The translations under genes were made by a program, and so were the position numbers. The notes under the pieces were generated by a model. It made no database searches, was not told the origin of the DNA, and saw nothing but the letters and a program-made list of their open reading frames with translations. A stretch of DNA of 64,000 bases from NCBI GenBank assembly GCA_963809895.1, contig CAWELD010000010.1, positions 32,001 to 96,000 on the forward strand, read 5' to 3'. This document shows, one piece after another, positions 8,443 to 18,708 of this stretch. Numbering within the stretch: position 1 is the stretch's first letter; each line of letters starts with the position of its first letter. Origin of the DNA: an uncultured Gemmatimonadales bacterium. Its GTDB lineage: Bacteria; Gemmatimonadota; Gemmatimonadetes; Longimicrobiales; Gaopeijiaceae.

Positions 8443-11400
8443 GTGAGCACGTTCGCACGCCGCCGGCCCGCCCGCTTCGCCGCCGCCCTCGCCATCACGC
8501 TCCTGGGCCTGCCCGCCCTCACGCCGCTTCCAGCCCACGCCCAGGTCGACTCGACGCTCTTCCAGTCCATGCGCTACCGGAACATCGGACCGTTCCGGGG
8601 CGGGCGCGTGACCACGGTGACGGGCGTGCGGGGCGAGCCCTTCACCTTCTACATGGGCGCCACCGGCGGCGGCGTGTGGAAGACCACCGATGCGGGCACG
8701 AGCTGGCACAACCTCTCCGACGGGTACTTCACCACCACGGGCATCGGTGACATCCGGGTCGCGCCCTCGGACCACAACGTGATCTACGTGGGCACGGGCG
8801 AATCGCCGGTACGCGGGGTCAAGACCTCGCACGGCGACGGGGTCTACAAGTCCACCGACGCCGGCGAGACCTGGACGCACCTGGGGCTGGAAGCCACGCG
8901 CCACATCGCCAAGATCCAGGTGGATCCGCGGGATCCGGACCGGGTGTGGTTGGCGGCCCTCGGGAATCCCTGGGGACCCAACGAGGAACGGGGCATCTAC
9001 CGCTCCACCGACGGTGGCGCCACCTGGGACAAGATCCTGTTCGTCAACGACTCGTCGGGCTTCGTGGATCTGAGCATGGACGCCCACAATCCCGACCACA
9101 TGATGGCCACCTCGTGGGAGTTCCGGCGCTTTCCCTGGGCCGTGAAGAGCGGCGGGCCGGGGAGCCGCGTGTGGAAGACCACCGACGGGGGGGATCACTG
9201 GCGCGAGATCAGCGCGGGGCTGCCGGCGCTCAAGGGCAAGATGGGCGTGGCCATCTCGCCGGCGGATCCGGACGTGGTCTACCTGGCGGTGGAGGCCAGG
9301 GACACGCTGGGCGGCGTGTACCGCTCCGACGATGCCGGCGAGACGTTCCGGCAGGTGAGCAACGATCCCACGACCTTCGCCCGGGCGTGGTACTACATGC
9401 AGATCATCGCCGACCCACAGGACGCCGATCAGGTCTGGGTCATGAACAGCGGGCCCATGAAGTCCATCGACGGAGGCCGCACCTACCGGCGCATGCCCGA
9501 CGCCCACGTGGATCACCACGCGCTGTGGATCAATCCCGACGATACGGACATCATGATCGACGGCGACGACGGGGGCGCCACGGTCACGCTCAACGGCGGC
9601 CAGACCTGGTCCACGCAGCTCAACCAGTCCACCGCCCAGATGTACCGGGTCGAGACCGACAACGGATATCCCTACAAGGTTTATTCGGGCCAGCAGGACG
9701 CCAGCGGAATCGTCATCGCCAGCCAGACGCTGGGCGACGGCATCGGTGAGCACGACTGGCAGACCATCCGCTCCGGCGAGTCGGCCACGGTGGCGCTGGA
9801 TCCCGAGAACCCGCGCTACGTCTACACGACCTTCTTCGCCGGCTTCCTGGGCGAGTGGGACGCCGAGACGTGGAACTACCGCATGATCCGGCCCTACGCC
9901 GAGCGCGTGTCGGGCGAGCAGCCCAAGAACCTCAAGTACCGCGCCAACTGGAACGGGCCGGTGGAGGTCTCACCCCACGATCCCGACGTGATCTACTACG
10001 GATCCCAGTACCTGATGAAGTCCACGGACCGGGGCACGACCTGGGCGGTCATCAGCCCCGACCTGACCCGCGACGACGAGGCGCATCAGGGCAAGGGCGG
10101 CTATCCCATCTCCAACGAGCAGATCACCGCCGAGAGCTACAACGACGTCTTCAACATCGAGGAATCGCCGCTGCTGGAGGGCGTCATCTGGGTGGGCTCC
10201 GACGACGGCCTGGTGCACCTGACCCGCGACGGCGGCGACACCTGGACCGACGTCACGCCGCCGGAGCTTCCCGAGAGCATCATCAACGTCATCGAGCCCT
10301 CGCCGCATGATCCGGCCAAGGCCTACTTCGCCGCCGCCGGCTACAAGCTCAACGACTTCACGCCCTACATCTACAGGACCGAGGACTACGGCCAGACCTG
10401 GACGAAGATCGTCGAGGGAATCCCCGGAAACACCTTCGCGCGCTCGGTGCGCGAGGACCCGGATCGCGAAGGGCTCCTGTACGCCGGGACCGAGACCGGG
10501 CTCTTCGTCTCGTTCGACGACGGGGACATGTGGCAGCCGCTCCAGCTCGACCTGCCCGAGGTGCCCGTCACCGACATGCGCATCCGGCAGAAGGACCTGG
10601 TGGTGTCGACCCAGGGACGGGGGCTCTGGATCCTGGACGACCTGACGCCGCTGCATCAGATCGAGGACGCGGCGGCGGCCGCCGACCTGTGGCTCTACCG
10701 GCCCCGGGACACCTACCGCAACATCGGCGGCGGCTACTACGCCGAGGGCGGCCCCGGAGAGAATCCCCCCAGCGGCGTGCAGGTGAACTACGTGCTGAAG
10801 CAGGCCGTGCCCGCCGACACGCCCATGGCCATGGAGATCCTGGACGAGGCGGGCCAGGTGATCTTCGCCGAGCGCACCGACGATCCGACGCCCGACTGTG
10901 CCGATGCGCCCCGCCAGAAGCTGCTCAGGCGCACCGCCGGCGCGCACCGCTGGAGCTGGAACATGAACGTGGGCCGCTTTCCGTGCTTCGTGGAGATCAC
11001 CGCCACCTCGCGCGACCTGAGCGCGTACGCGGTGAAGCCCGGCCGCTATCAGGTGCGACTGACGGTGGGGGACGCCTCGCAGACGCAGGACTTCCGCATC
11101 CTCGTCGATCCGCGCCTGGACGGCATCGTGGCCGATCCGGTGGCCGAGTACGCGGAGCTGGACCGGCTGTCGAAGTCGCTCTACGACGCGGCCACGCAGA
11201 TGGCCGACGGCGTGAGCGATCTCCGCCAGGTGAAGGATCAGCTCGACGTCATCCTGGAGTTGTCGTCGGCCAGCGAGGTGCAGTCGGGCGGCGCCGAGCT
11301 GAACGGGACCCTGAACGCCTGGATCGCCGACATCCTCCAGAAGGATTTGAAGACGGGCCAGCACGCGTATCAGTTCGAGGCGCGCCTCATGATGAAGTAC

Positions 11401-11601
11401 AAGGACCTGCTGGGGCGCATGAGCGGCGCCAACATCCCCGTGACCCAGGGCGTGCGCGATGTCACCGGCGATTATCTGAGCGAGTGGACCGACCTACAGG
11501 AGCAGCTCCAGCTCATCAAGAGTCGTGACATTCCCGCCTTCAACCGGGTGCTGGAAGAGGCGGGACTGCCGCTCATCTATCTTCCGCGGCCCATCAGTTG
11601 A
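8443..11601 (+). CDS. VPS10/BNR-repeat secreted glycosyl hydrolase-like protein
   Basis: Signal peptide ending AHAQ, RYRNIGPFRGGR, many SxDxGxTW Asp-boxes, C-terminal helical domain. Confidence 0.9.
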   Translation: MSTFARRRPARFAAALAITLLGLPALTPLPAHAQVDSTLFQSMRYRNIGPFRGGRVTTVTGVRGEPFTFYMGATGGGVWKTTDAGTSWHNLSDGYFTTTGIGDIRVAPSDHNVIYVGTGESPVRGVKTSHGDGVYKSTDAGETWTHLGLEATRHIAKIQVDPRDPDRVWLAALGNPWGPNEERGIYRSTDGGATWDKILFVNDSSGFVDLSMDAHNPDHMMATSWEFRRFPWAVKSGGPGSRVWKTTDGGDHWREISAGLPALKGKMGVAISPADPDVVYLAVEARDTLGGVYRSDDAGETFRQVSNDPTTFARAWYYMQIIADPQDADQVWVMNSGPMKSIDGGRTYRRMPDAHVDHHALWINPDDTDIMIDGDDGGATVTLNGGQTWSTQLNQSTAQMYRVETDNGYPYKVYSGQQDASGIVIASQTLGDGIGEHDWQTIRSGESATVALDPENPRYVYTTFFAGFLGEWDAETWNYRMIRPYAERVSGEQPKNLKYRANWNGPVEVSPHDPDVIYYGSQYLMKSTDRGTTWAVISPDLTRDDEAHQGKGGYPISNEQITAESYNDVFNIEESPLLEGVIWVGSDDGLVHLTRDGGDTWTDVTPPELPESIINVIEPSPHDPAKAYFAAAGYKLNDFTPYIYRTEDYGQTWTKIVEGIPGNTFARSVREDPDREGLLYAGTETGLFVSFDDGDMWQPLQLDLPEVPVTDMRIRQKDLVVSTQGRGLWILDDLTPLHQIEDAAAAADLWLYRPRDTYRNIGGGYYAEGGPGENPPSGVQVNYVLKQAVPADTPMAMEILDEAGQVIFAERTDDPTPDCADAPRQKLLRRTAGAHRWSWNMNVGRFPCFVEITATSRDLSAYAVKPGRYQVRLTVGDASQTQDFRILVDPRLDGIVADPVAEYAELDRLSKSLYDAATQMADGVSDLRQVKDQLDVILELSSASEVQSGGAELNGTLNAWIADILQKDLKTGQHAYQFEARLMMKYKDLLGRMSGANIPVTQGVRDVTGDYLSEWTDLQEQLQLIKSRDIPAFNRVLEEAGLPLIYLPRPIS

Positions 11602-11643
11602 AGGGGGGGATGGCGGGCGCAGGCCGAACGCGGACGCGCGCGC

Positions 11644-14339
11644 TCACCGCCGGAGCTGCGGCTTCACCTCCTGGAGCCAGTTCTCCGCGACGATCAGCGT
11701 GCGGGGGCCCGCGTCCGTGTCGACGGCCCGGATCATGATGAAGCGGCCGTCGGCTGCGACGTCCCAGGGCGTGTAGTAGTCGGCCGAGAGCACGTCGATC
11801 CGGGTCGCCTGGGCCAGCTTGAACAGCGCCGTGGTCTCGCCCACCTCCGGTGTGCCGTCCTCGGCGACCGGCACGGCCATCATGGTCTTGTCGCCCCGCA
11901 GGTAGTAGAGCTCGCGCCCGTCGCGCGCCCACAGGGGCCCGGTCCCTCCGGCGCTCGACACCTGCACCTTGCCGGCACCCACGTCGGGGAAGGGGCGCAC
12001 GAAGACTTCCAGTCGGCCGGTTTCGTTCGACTGGTACGCCAGCGAGCGCCCGTCGGGCGACAGGGCGATGGCCATCTCGTCGTACGGTTGTGCCAGGAGC
12101 GGCTGCGGCACGCTGTCTTCGCCGACGTGGAGCGCGTAGACGTCGCGCCCTCCCATGGCCGCCGATGCGGCGCCCCGGCGCAACAGGATCCACTGGCCGT
12201 CGGGAGAGAGAAGGCCCTCGTCGGCTTTGCCCTTCCACAGGATGGAATCGGTGCCGGTGCCGTCGGCCCGCCGCATGGCGAAGGTGGTGTCGGTCAGGAA
12301 CGTCACCCAGCGCCCATCGGGCGTCCATCTCGGCCTTCGGTCCGGACTGGCGCCGTGGGTGAGCAGCGATGCGGGACCACGGGGGAGCGATTTGATCCAG
12401 ACGTCGTCTCCCGACGGCGTGTTGAGGCCGATGGCGAGCCGGTCGCCGCCGGGCGACAGGGCCCATCCGTAGTCACCGGCGAACTGGGTCACCCGGAAGG
12501 TGAAGGCCGAATCCACCCGTTCCGGACGGCCGGTGCGGTCGACCCAGATCAGCTCCTGTATGGTGGTCACGTCCAGGCCACCGGACCCGATCACGAGCGT
12601 GCCGGACGCCGACAACGCGACGGTCGGCTGTCCCGCCGGGGCCTGGACCTGATACGGGAGCGGGAGGGGCTCTCCCCGCATTTCGAGCTCATCGGGATCG
12701 AAGGACGCCGCGAACACGTCGTGACTGGTCCGCACGAAGACCAGGACCCCATCCGCGTAGAATCCTGCAACCGCGCCCTCCGCCACTGCCCGCGCTTCGC
12801 CGCTTCGGGGATCCAGCGCCATGAGGGTGCCGCTGTGGCAGGGCGGCGGGCACGCCATGAACAGCGCACGGCCTCCCGGCAGCGGGGTCAGGTTCTGGGC
12901 GAAGAGTGAATCGGAAGCCCACGCGGACGTCGCATCTCCTCCACCCGCCGGCAGGGCCAGGATCTCGACGCCGCGGCTCTGGTCTCCCGCGTACCGCGCG
13001 GTCACGAAGACGATGGTCCCGTCGTCCAGCCAGGCCAGGCTGCCCAGGGCTCCCGAGGCCCCGGTCGCCAGCTCCGTGGAGGCCGAGCCGTCCATGCCCA
13101 GCTTGCGGAGCGTCCCGTCCTGAATCACGGCCAGCGAGCCGCCATCGGGCGAGACCGCCATGGAGGTGACGCTCGCGCGTGCCCGGCAGCGGGTCCGGCT
13201 CGAGCTGGTCGCGGCGCTTCACCCACAGCTCCCAATCCTCCGAATCTGCCGTCAGCTCGGGATAGATGATGCGGTGATCCGTCTGGGCTCAGGGTGGCGA
13301 AGGCGCCCCCGAGGATCGATGCCTCGCCGCTGGCGAGGTCGAGTCGGTAGCGGGTGACGGGGAGCGGCGGGGCGGGGCGGGTCAGGGCCCAGACCGCGAC
13401 GCCGGTGGCGACCACGGCGACTGTCGCCAGCGCCGCCATCCCCAGAGAACGCCGCCGCCGGGCTTCCGGCGTGGCCGCGAAGCCGGCCACCGCCGAGGCG
13501 CCGAAGGAGGGATCGCTCAACGCCTCGGCGAACGCCCTGGAGCTCTCGAAGCGGTCGGCGGGGAGCTTCTCCAGCGCCTTGTCGAGGGCCGCCGCCACGT
13601 TGGGCGGGGCCGTGTGCCGCAGCTCGGTCACCGGCCTCGGTCGGTCGGCGATGATCTTCATGATCACCTGCTGCGCCGAGTTGGCCGTGTGGGGCGGCTC
13701 GCCGGCGAGCATCTCGTACAGCACGCTGGCCAGAGAGTACTGGTCCGCGCGGCCGGTGATCTCCTTGTCGGCCGTGGCCTGCTCGGGTGCCATGTAGTGC
13801 GGCGTGCCGATGCTGGTGCCCGTCTCCGTCATGCGGCCACCGGCCGCCGCGCTCACCGCCAGGGCGATGCCGAAGTCGGCCACCATGGGGCGGCCGTCGT
13901 GCAGCAGGATGTTCTCGGGCTTGATGTCCCGGTGGATGACGCCGTTGCGGTGCGCGTAGTCCAGCGCGTCAGCGACCTCGCGCGTGATGCGGATGGACTC
14001 CTCGACGCCGAGCTGCGTCTCGCGGTCGAGCTTCTGGCGGAGCGTCTCGCCCTCGATGTAGGGCATGACGTAGAAGAGGAAGCCGTCGGCCGAGCCCGAA
14101 TCGAAGAGCGGGAGGATGTGCGGGTGCTGGAGCTGGGCCGTGGTGGTGATCTCCTGCACGAAGCGCTCGGCGCCGAGCACCGCCGCGAGCTCCGGCTTGA
14201 GCACCTTGATCGCCACCTGGCGGTGGTGCTTGATGTCCTCGGCGAGATAGACCGTGGCCATGCCGCCGGCCCCGATCTGGCGCACGATGCGGTAGCGATC
14301 CGCCAGGGCGGCGGAGAGTCGCTCCGTGGTATTGGCCAT
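11644..14339 (-). CDS. Ser/Thr protein kinase with TM and C-terminal PD40/TolB propeller; two frameshifts near 13274 and 13175
   Basis: GAGGMATVY, VAIK, HRDIKPEN, DFG, GTPHYMAPE; continuous protein when ORFs 13125-14354, 12689-13222 and 11644-13161 are joined. Confidence 0.88.
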
Positions 14340-14436
14340 GGGCTGCGTGGACACCGTGAGAGGGGGGGCGCGTCCAGCCGGTCAAGGGACAGGTATGCGC
14401 GTCTGGACGCGACAAATCAAGCGGACGCCTCCCCGC

Positions 14437-14742
14437 TCAGTCCGGGATCGCCGCCAGGATCTCCCGCATGGTCGACTTGTAGTCGCGCAGTGCGCGCAGC
14501 CCCTCTGTGGTGAGCGCGTACGCCGTGCGGAGGCGGCCGTCCACCTCCCGCTTCGAGGCCTCCACCAGGCCTGCGGATTCCAGGCGCTTCATCTGCACCG
14601 ACAGGTTACCCCGGGTGAGGCCCGTCTGGCGCAGCAGGTACATGAAGTCCGCGGCATCCACCATGGCCAGGAAGACGAGCACGCGGAGTCGGGCGGGCTC
14701 ATGCAGAAAGCCGTCTACCTCCGGGACCACCGAGGTCGCCAT
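14437..14742 (-). CDS. Winged-helix transcriptional regulator (HTH_34, ArsR/MarR-like)
   Basis: HEPARLRVL...DFMYL...GLTRGNLSV...LE.AG motif. Confidence 0.88.
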   Translation of the reverse strand: MATSVVPEVDGFLHEPARLRVLVFLAMVDAADFMYLLRQTGLTRGNLSVQMKRLESAGLVEASKREVDGRLRTAYALTTEGLRALRDYKSTMREILAAIPD

Positions 14743-14745
14743 CGC

Positions 14746-15354
14746 CTACCCCACCTCCTCGAAGCGCCGGCTCTCCACCAGGAAGCGACCGAGCAGCACG
14801 GCGCCCGTGCACCACACCACGAAGCCTCCGGCCACAGGGGAAGCGCGGGACCGTCGTGGATGGCGAGGGTCCCGACGCCGGCCGCGGCGAGCACGCCGGC
14901 GTAGACCAGGAACCTCGGCGCGCGCGTCAGGGCTGCCGTGACCAGGGCGGCCAGCGCGACGAGCAGGGCCGGGAAGCGCCGCCACGGAATCGGCGAGGCC
15001 CGCCGTGCCGCCGCGTAACCCGAACGCCACTGCGGCCACCAACAGCAGGAGCCCGATGCCCAGCCCGGCCGTGCCAGTGAGCTCGCGGGTCGAGCGCTCG
15101 CGCCGCCGGCGCGAGAACTCCACGTATCCCATGCGGGGCTCCACGACCCACTTTCGCAGTGCCATCCACGTAACGAGGGCCATGGGCACCACGATGGCCT
15201 CCACGGGGAATCCGCCCAGGGGGAGTCCGTCGAGCAGATATCCCGCACCGATCAGGATGACCGCCGCACCGGCCACCAGGTCGAGGGTGCCATCGGCCCA
15301 GAATGCGCCGAAGAGTCGGGTTTCGGGGGATGTGCGCACGGGAGCCTCCTGCAT
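14746..15354 (-). CDS. Multi-pass membrane protein upstream of the HTH gene, with compensating frameshifts
   Basis: DGTLDL and VEPRMGYVEFS motifs, hydrophobic helices; the TM segment PALLVALAALVTAAL...LAIHDGP lies in the alternative frame between about 14972 and 14835. Confidence 0.75.
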   Translation of the reverse strand: MQEAPVRTSPETRLFGAFWADGTLDLVAGAAVILIGAGYLLDGLPLGGFPVEAIVVPMALVTWMALRKWVVEPRMGYVEFSRRRRERSTRELTGTAGLGIGLLLLVAAVAFGLRGGTAGLADSVAALPGPARRAGRPGHGSPDARAEVPGLRRRARRGRRRDPRHPRRSRASPVAGGFVVWCTGAVLLGRFLVESRRFEEVG

Positions 15355-15358
15355 CTAT

Positions 15359-15393
15359 GGTTCATGACGTGAACTAAGTTTATGTCATAAACT
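15359..15393. promoter_or_regulatory. Tandem 17-bp palindromic operators
   Basis: ggttcatgacgtgaact and agtttatgtcataaact, immediately 5' of the 15354 start. Confidence 0.7.
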
Positions 15394-15438
15394 CACCGGA
15401 CGCAAGGCGTCTTCGCGGAGCATGACTCCTGCGGCTCC

Positions 15439-16860
15439 CTACTTCAGTTCCCGCGCCAGCGCCTTCTGCGCGGCCCACCATCCGCACATCCCATGCACGC
15501 CGACGCCGGGGGGCGTGGACGACGAGCACAGGTACACGCCGTCCATGGCCGTGCGATACGGATTCAGCGACAGCACGGGCCGGGCGAAGATCTGTCGGAA
15601 ATCCCCCGAGCCTCCGCCGATGTCGCCACCGATGAGGTTGGCGTTGCCGCGCTCCAGATCGGCGGGCGCCAGGGCGCTTCGGGACAGAATGCAGTCCTTG
15701 AAGCCGGGTGCGAATCGCTCGATCTGGGTCTCGATCCCGTCCTGCATGTTCTCGGTGGAGCCGTTGGGGACGTGGCAGTACGCCCACAGCGTGTGGCGGC
15801 CCGCCGGAGCGCGGGAGTCGTCGAAGAGCGACGGCTGGACGACGATGGCGTAGGGGCGATGGGCGACACGGCCTTCGCCCACCTCCGCCTCGGCGGCGGT
15901 GATCTCGTCCAGGGTGCCGCCGATGTGGACGGTGCCGGCCCGGCGGCACGCCTCGGCGGTCCAGGGCACGGGCTCCGTGAGCGCCCAATCCATCTTGAAG
16001 ACGCCCCAGCCGTAGCGGTAACCGTCCAACCTGCGGCGATAACCCGAAGGCATGCGGTCGCCGGCCATGGCGATGAGCTGCCTGGGCGTCACGTCGCACA
16101 GGACGGCGCGTGCCGGGGGGAGCGCGTCCAGGGATTCCACGGGATGATCGGTGACGATCTCGCCGCCGAGCTCCCGGAGATATGCGCCCATGGCTTCGCT
16201 CAAATTCTGGGAGCCTCCCCGGGCGACCGGCCATCCCACGGCGTGCGCCGACACCACGAGACCCAGCCCGTAGCCGGCGGTGGCCAGCGAATCCAGGGGG
16301 ACCATGGCGTGGGCGGCGGCGCCGGCCAGCAGCGCGCGTCCGGCCTCGCTGTCGAAGGTCGCGCGGGCGAGCCCACGGGCGGAGCGGATGCCCCGGAGCC
16401 CGAAGCGCGCCATGAGCAGGGGATGGCGGGGGCCCGGGGGGCCGAGCAGCGCCTCCATGAGGTCCTCGGCCCGCTCCACGAAGGGACCCATGAGCTTCCG
16501 GTACGCGCGGCCGTCCTTGACCGGCAGGCCGGCGGCGGTCTCCTCGACGGAGCGATGGGCGACCGCCGCTTCGCCCCCGTCCAGCGGATGGGCGAACGGC
16601 AGTTCGGGATGCACGTACTCCAGCCCGAAATCCCCCAGGGGCAGATCGCTGAGAAACGGCGAGGCCAGCACCAGCGTGTGCACCGCCGAGCAGACGTCGT
16701 GCACGAAGCCGGGCTCGGTGAGCTCGGCGGAGCGAGTGGCGCCCCCGATGGTGGGCTGGGCCTCGTAGACCCGCACGGAGCGGCCGGCCCGGGCCAGGGT
16801 CAGGGCCGCGGACAGCCCGTTGGGGCCGGCGCCGACGACGATGGCGTCGGGCGTCGTCAC
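15439..16860 (-). CDS. Phytoene desaturase family NAD(P)/FAD-dependent oxidoreductase
   Basis: VVGAGPNGL, HDVCSAVH, CSSSTPPGVGVHGMCG; GTG start overlaps the upstream stop. Confidence 0.9.
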   Translation of the reverse strand: MTTPDAIVVGAGPNGLSAALTLARAGRSVRVYEAQPTIGGATRSAELTEPGFVHDVCSAVHTLVLASPFLSDLPLGDFGLEYVHPELPFAHPLDGGEAAVAHRSVEETAAGLPVKDGRAYRKLMGPFVERAEDLMEALLGPPGPRHPLLMARFGLRGIRSARGLARATFDSEAGRALLAGAAAHAMVPLDSLATAGYGLGLVVSAHAVGWPVARGGSQNLSEAMGAYLRELGGEIVTDHPVESLDALPPARAVLCDVTPRQLIAMAGDRMPSGYRRRLDGYRYGWGVFKMDWALTEPVPWTAEACRRAGTVHIGGTLDEITAAEAEVGEGRVAHRPYAIVVQPSLFDDSRAPAGRHTLWAYCHVPNGSTENMQDGIETQIERFAPGFKDCILSRSALAPADLERGNANLIGGDIGGGSGDFRQIFARPVLSLNPYRTAMDGVYLCSSSTPPGVGVHGMCGWWAAQKALARELK

Positions 16861-18011
16861 CCCAGCGCTGCCAGCACGCGCTCGGCCACGGCCTTGCCCA
16901 CGGCGGAGCAGGGCGCGGCATGGGCCACGCCCACCATGTCGTAGGTCAGGGGCTCGCCCGCCTTCAGCAGGTCGATCACGGCGGCCTCGACGGCGTCGGC
17001 TCCCTTCTGGAGCTCCTCGTCGCCGGTCTGCGTGGCGAGCCACGCCAGGCCCTCGCGGGTGGCCAGGATCATGGCCAACGGATTCGCCTTGTCCTTGCCG
17101 GCGTGCTTGGGCGCGGAGCCGTGGATGGGTTCGAACATCCCGTGCTCGTCGCCGATGTTGGCGCCCACGGCCAATCCCATCCCCCCCTGCAGCACGCTGG
17201 CGAGATCGGTGACGATGTCGCCGAACATGTTGGTGGTGACGCCCACGTCGTACCACTCGGGCTTCTGGATCAGCCACTGGGTGAAGGCGTCGACGATGGC
17301 CGTATCCTTCTCGATGTCGGGATATTCCTCACCGATCTCGTGGAAGATGCGAACGAACATTCGGCAACCGTCGAGCACGTTGTCCTTGGCGATGCAGGTG
17401 ACGCGCTGAACCCCGTCGCCGGGCGCTCCGTGGCGGCGGCGGGCCAGCTCGAAGGCCCTCCGGATGACGCGCTCCGAGCCCTTGCGGGTGATGACCCGGC
17501 TGTCCACGGCGACCTCTTCCGAGCCACCCCGGGCGAGAATCCCCCCGACGCCGGCGTAGAGCCCCTCGGTGTTCTCACGCACCAGTACCATGTCGACCTT
17601 GTCGGCGTCCCACACGCGCGTCGGCTGCCCGTGGATCTTGTGGTTCACGCCCTCGTAGAGCTTCACCGGACGCACGTTGGCGTACAGGTCCAGGGCGGCG
17701 CGGGTGCCGATGACGGGACCCCATCCGGCCATCTTGCCGTTCGCCATGGTCACGGGCCGTCCGTTGCCCTCCGGGTCCGGCCAACCCACGGCGCCCAGGA
17801 GCACGAGATCCGCCGCGGCGACCTCCGCTTCGGCGCCCTCGGGCCAGTCCCGCGAGCCGTGCTTCAGGTAGAACTCGCCGCCACAGGGGATCTCCTCGAC
17901 GTCGAAGTCGATCCCGAGCGCCGACCCCACCGCTTCCAGCACCCGCCGGCCCTCGCGCGCGACCTCCACCCCGATCCCGTCGCCGGGCAGGACTACGACT
18001 CGATATGCCAT
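16857..18011 (-). CDS. Isocitrate/isopropylmalate (beta-decarboxylating) dehydrogenase family protein
   Basis: PGDGIG, DLYANVRP, RENTEGLY, NMFGDIVTD, EPIHGSAP...ANP. Confidence 0.93.
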   Translation of the reverse strand: MAYRVVVLPGDGIGVEVAREGRRVLEAVGSALGIDFDVEEIPCGGEFYLKHGSRDWPEGAEAEVAAADLVLLGAVGWPDPEGNGRPVTMANGKMAGWGPVIGTRAALDLYANVRPVKLYEGVNHKIHGQPTRVWDADKVDMVLVRENTEGLYAGVGGILARGGSEEVAVDSRVITRKGSERVIRRAFELARRRHGAPGDGVQRVTCIAKDNVLDGCRMFVRIFHEIGEEYPDIEKDTAIVDAFTQWLIQKPEWYDVGVTTNMFGDIVTDLASVLQGGMGLAVGANIGDEHGMFEPIHGSAPKHAGKDKANPLAMILATREGLAWLATQTGDEELQKGADAVEAAVIDLLKAGEPLTYDMVGVAHAAPCSAVGKAVAERVLAALG

Positions 18012-18282
18012 CTCTGCTCCATTGGTGTCCGTGGGCGTGCCGGCCAACGATAAGGCGGGCGGGCGGTGGTTGGTAGGTCGTGTGGGTGCGGGTGGCGGTC
18101 GTGGGGTGGGGTTTGGCGTGGGGATGGCGGGGTGGTGGGGCGAACGGTGGCGGTGTGGTCGCGGCGGGGTGGCGGGTGTGGCGTGGCGGCGGTGGCGGGT
18201 TGCCGGGCGGCGGCCGTGGTGGGCGGTGTGGCGCGTGCCGCGCGGGCGTGTGCCTGGCGGGCCGGGGCGGGCCTGCGCGAGA

Positions 18283-18460
18283 CATGACGAAGGGACCGTG
18301 CGTGCGATGATCCGGGACGCGGGGGCAGATTCGGCGCGCAGGCGTGGTCGAACGGGTGCCTCCGCCGTCCACGACCTGGGCCCGCGGTAGGTTGGGCACC
18401 TCGAGCGTGCTCAAAGCCCTCGAGCGTGGGGAAACGGGCCGCGTTTGGTCCTTCGGCCAC
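18283..18460. repeat. Dispersed about 180-bp element, family 2, copy A (imperfect terminal inverted repeats)
   Basis: Collinear with 20875-21053, one gap, about 69% identity by hand count. Confidence 0.75.
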
Positions 18461-18495
18461 TCATCGGCGGGCCTCTGCGGCGGCCGCGCGCCATG

Positions 18496-18549
18496 ATCAC
18501 CGCGCTTTGGCGGCGCCACACTGGATATCACCGCGCTTCGGCGGCGCCA
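18496..18549. repeat. 23-bp direct repeat pair with 31-bp period
   Basis: atcaccgcgcttYggcggcgcca at 18496 and 18527. Confidence 0.8.
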
Positions 18550-18708
18550 TCCGCGAGACCACCGACACCCCTCCTGGCGCGCGTCCGCGGATCCCCGCGC
18601 CCGCCTGCACCCTCACGCACCGCGGCCGAAACCCCCTCCCGCCGCAGAGGACCCCCGCGCCGCCGCCATCGTGGTGCCCAACCCTCCGGTGCCTTATCCT
18701 CCGTCGCC

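Noticed and set aside
13160..13280. Programmed ribosomal frameshifting in the kinase
   Set aside because: No slippery heptamer is visible, two shifts lie within 100 nt, and similar indels occur in other genes.
15439..16860. Carotenoid biosynthesis cluster
   Set aside because: A lone phytoene-desaturase-family protein with no crtB, crtE or crtY nearby.
16857..18011. Specific assignment as leuB or icd
   Set aside because: No leu operon context, and substrate specificity cannot be resolved by eye.
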